DNA of 64,000 nucleotides from Macrostomum hystrix (Eukaryota; Animalia; Platyhelminthes), in contig CATNEN010000038.1 in assembly GCA_950097015.1 (NCBI GenBank), forward strand, positions 1,116,001 through 1,180,000, read 5' to 3'. This document shows positions 60,950 through 64,000 of the stretch, piece after piece. The translations under genes and the position numbers were made by a program. A model generated the notes under the pieces. The model saw nothing but the letters and a program-made list of their open reading frames with translations. It did no database searches and was not told the DNA's origin. How positions within the stretch are numbered: position 1 is the stretch's first letter; the number at the start of each line of letters is the position of its first letter.

Positions 60950-61460
60950 CTGAGCTTCTGAGGGCTTCGGGTTCTGAGGGCTTGGGGTTTTGAGGGCCTG
61001 GGGTTCTGAGGGCTTGGGGTTTTGAGGGCTTGGGGTTCTGAGGGCCTGGGGTTCTGAGGGCCTGGGGTTCTGAGGGCTTGGGGTTTTGAGGGCCTGGGGT
61101 TCTGAGGGCCTGGGGTTCTGAGGGCTTGGGGTTTTGAGGGCCTGGGGTACTGTGGGCCTGAGGTTGTGAGGGCCTGAGGTTGTGAGGGCCTGAGGTTGTG
61201 AGGGCCTGAGGTTGTGAGGGCCTGAGGTACTGAGGGCCTGAGGTTGTGAGGGCCTGAGGTTCTGAGGGCCTGAGGTACTGAGGGCCTGAGTTTCTGAGGT
61301 ACTGAGGGCCTGAGTTTCTGAGGGCCTGAGGTTGTGAGGGAATGGAATTCAGAGAGCCTAAGTTTTAAAGGACCTAAGGTTCAAAGAGCCTGAAGTTTTG
61401 TGGGCCTGTAGTTTTCAGGCCTGATTTTCAGAAAGACCTGAGGTTGTGAGGGCCTGAGAG
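60950..61460. repeat. 16-bp minisatellite (tgagggcctggggttc / tgagggcctgaggttg)
   Basis: Starts about 20 nt upstream of the KCNE-like ATG. Confidence 0.93.
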
Positions 61461-61963
61461 TGGTTCTCAAAGACTGCGGTTGTGAGCTCAATTGGTGTTC
61501 AACAGGTATTGCGCTCGGTAAAATTCTGTAACGGGGGAGAGGCCCGAAGGCTTTCTATCTGAATTAGCCAGTTATATTTAGCCAGGGCCAATATGAGCCA
61601 GAACAGGTGGCCCTATGCTCAATTTGTGCTTTACCTTAGACTGGGGTAAGGCTGGATGATGAACTCAGCTTTCTGAGCACAGCAGGTCAAAGAAAAATAC
61701 TGCAAGGCGTACTCACCGACCATCTCGCAGAACTGTCGCATGCAGCTTCGCTTCACTCTAGTCTTCTATGGAACAAATAAGAACTTTTTTTAGTATAACA
61801 ACTGCTTGTGATGGCAAGAAAAAGAGAGCGAAAGACAATAAAGAAATACAGAAAGGCATGCAACAAAAACAGCTAAATGTTTGAAGGGTCGGATGTTGCA
61901 CTCGCAGAAATCTATCCACAAAATTGGCTCTCTAATATCTTAATAAGGTAGCTTTGCCATACA

Positions 61964-64000
61964 AGTCACTCTCAGTTACTACTCGCACTGATTCTAGTCA
62001 CTCTCAGTTACTACTCGCACTGATTCTAGTCACTCTCAGTTACTACTCGCACTGATTCTAGTCACTCTCAGTTACTACTCGCACTGATTCTAGTCACTCT
62101 CAGTTACTACTCGCACTGATTCTAGTCACTCTCAGTTACTACTCGCACTGATTCTAGTCACTCTCAGTTACTACTCGCACTGATTCTAGTCACTCTCAGT
62201 TACTACTCGCACTGATTCTAGTCACTCTCAGTTACTACTCGCACTGATTCTAGTCACTCTCAGTTACTACTCGCACTGATTCTAGTCACTCTCAGTTACT
62301 ACTCGCACTGATTCTAGTCACTCTCAGTTACTACTCGCACTGATTCTAGTCACTCTCAGTTACTACTCGCACTGATTCTAGTCACTCTCAGTTACTACTC
62401 GCACTGATTCTAGTCACTCTCAGTTACTACTCGCACTGATTCTAGTCACTCTCAGTTACTACTCGCACTAAATCTAGTCACTCTCAGTTACTACTCGCAC
62501 TGATTCTAGTCACTCTCAGTTACTACTCGCACTGATTCTAGTCACTCTCAGTTACTACTCGCACTGATTCTAGTCACTCTCAGTTACTACTCGCACTGAT
62601 TCTAGTCACTCTCAGTTACTACTCGCACTGATTCTAGTCACTCTCAGTTACTACTCGCACTGATTCTAGTCACTCTCAGTTACTACTCGCACTGATTCTA
62701 GTCACTCTCAGTTACTACTCGCACTGATTCTAGTCACTCTCAGTTACTACTCGCACTGATTCTAGTCACTCTCAGTTACTACTCGCACTGATTCTAGTCA
62801 CTCTCAGTTACTACTCGCACTGATTCTAGTCACTCTCAGTTACTACTCGCACTGATTCTAGTCACTCTCAGTTACTACTCGCACTGATTCTAGTCACTCT
62901 CAGTTACTACTCGCACTGATTCTAGTCACTCTCAGTTACTACTCGCACTGATTCTAGTCACTCTCAGTTACTACTCGCACTGATTCTAGTCACTCTCAGT
63001 TACTACTCGCACTGATTCTAGTCACTCTCAGTTACTACTCGCACTGATTCTAGTCACTCTCAGTTACTACTCGCACTGATTCTAGTCACTCTCAGTTACT
63101 ACTCGCACTGATTCTAGTCACTCTCAGTTACTACTCGCACTGATTCTAGTCACTCTCAGTTACTACTCGCACTGATTCTAGTCACTCTCAGTTACTACTC
63201 GCACTGATTCTAGTCACTCTCAGTTACTACTCGCACTGATTCTAGTCACTCTCAGTTACTACTCGCACTGATTCTAGTCACTCTCAGTTACTACTCGCAC
63301 TGATTCTAGTCACTCTCAGTTACTACTCGCACTGATTCTAGTCACTCTCAGTTACTACTCGCACTGATTCTAGTCACTCTCAGTTACTACTCGCACTGAT
63401 TCTAGTCACTCTCAGTTACTACTCGCACTGATTCTAGTCACTCTCAGTTACTACTCGCACTGATTCTAGTCACTCTCAGTTACTACTCGCACTGATTCTA
63501 GTCACTCTCAGTTACTACTCGCACTGATTCTAGTCACTCTCAGTTACTACTCGCACTGATTCTAGTCACTCTCAGTTACTACTCGCACTGATTCTAGTCA
63601 CTCTCAGTTACTACTCGCACTGATTCTAGTCACTCTCAGTTACTACTCGCACTGATTCTAGTCACTCTCAGTTACTACTCGCACTGATTCTAGTCACTCT
63701 CAGTTACTACTCGCACTGATTCTAGTCACTCTCAGTTACTACTCGCACTGATTCTAGTCACTCTCAGTTACTACTCGCACTGATTCTAGTCACTCTCAGT
63801 TACTACTCGCACTGATTCTAGTCACTCTCAGTTACTACTCGCACTGATTCTAGTCACTCTCAGTTACTACTCGCACTGATTCTAGTCACTCTCAGTTACT
63901 ACTCGCACTGATTCTAGTCACTCTCAGTTACTACTCGCACTGATTCTAGTCACTCTCAGTTACTACTCGCACTGATTCTAGTCACTCTCAGTTACTACTC
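61964..64000. repeat. Near-perfect 32-bp tandem array (agtcactctcagttactactcgcactgattct), runs off the window end
   Basis: More than 60 identical units; one variant at about 62470. Confidence 0.98.

Noticed and set aside
61964-64000. CRISPR-like ~30-bp repeats (also 35275, 43980, 58350)
   Set aside because: Units are head-to-tail with no unique spacers, there are no cas genes, and the context is eukaryotic.

Overview
Eukaryotic (metazoan) genomic DNA. Short GC-rich exons with polyQ/polyA/polyP tracts sit in AT-rich introns and spacers packed with unrelated minisatellites. This style suggests a free-living flatworm such as Macrostomum (inference only). I reconstructed nine protein-coding loci by hand from GT-AG junctions: a DEG/ENaC channel (+), a BTB/POZ protein (+), a Syk/ZAP-70-type tandem-SH2 tyrosine kinase (+), USP14/Ubp6 (+), a secreted PAN-like + LamG/pentraxin-like gene nested antisense in USP14 intron 1 (-), ATP synthase subunit e (+), a 5'-incomplete tail-anchored golgin-like gene (+), an IL-17-like cytokine (-) and a KCNE-like single-pass membrane protein (-). 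Mobile elements include five copies of one structured tRNA-derived SINE, a CORE-like SINE, two hAT-type MITEs with 8-bp TSDs, a long-TIR MITE and a Helitron-like element. About 23 tandem arrays are present. The main leads are: a likely trans-spliced operon (USP14-ATP5ME-golgin-like); minisatellites built from splice-signal-like or TF-site-like units, with unit lengths clustering at 15-16 and 30-32 bp; and an immunity-flavoured neighbourhood (Syk, IL-17-like, lectin-like) with kB-like motif arrays. Most long ORFs lying over repeats are artefacts.
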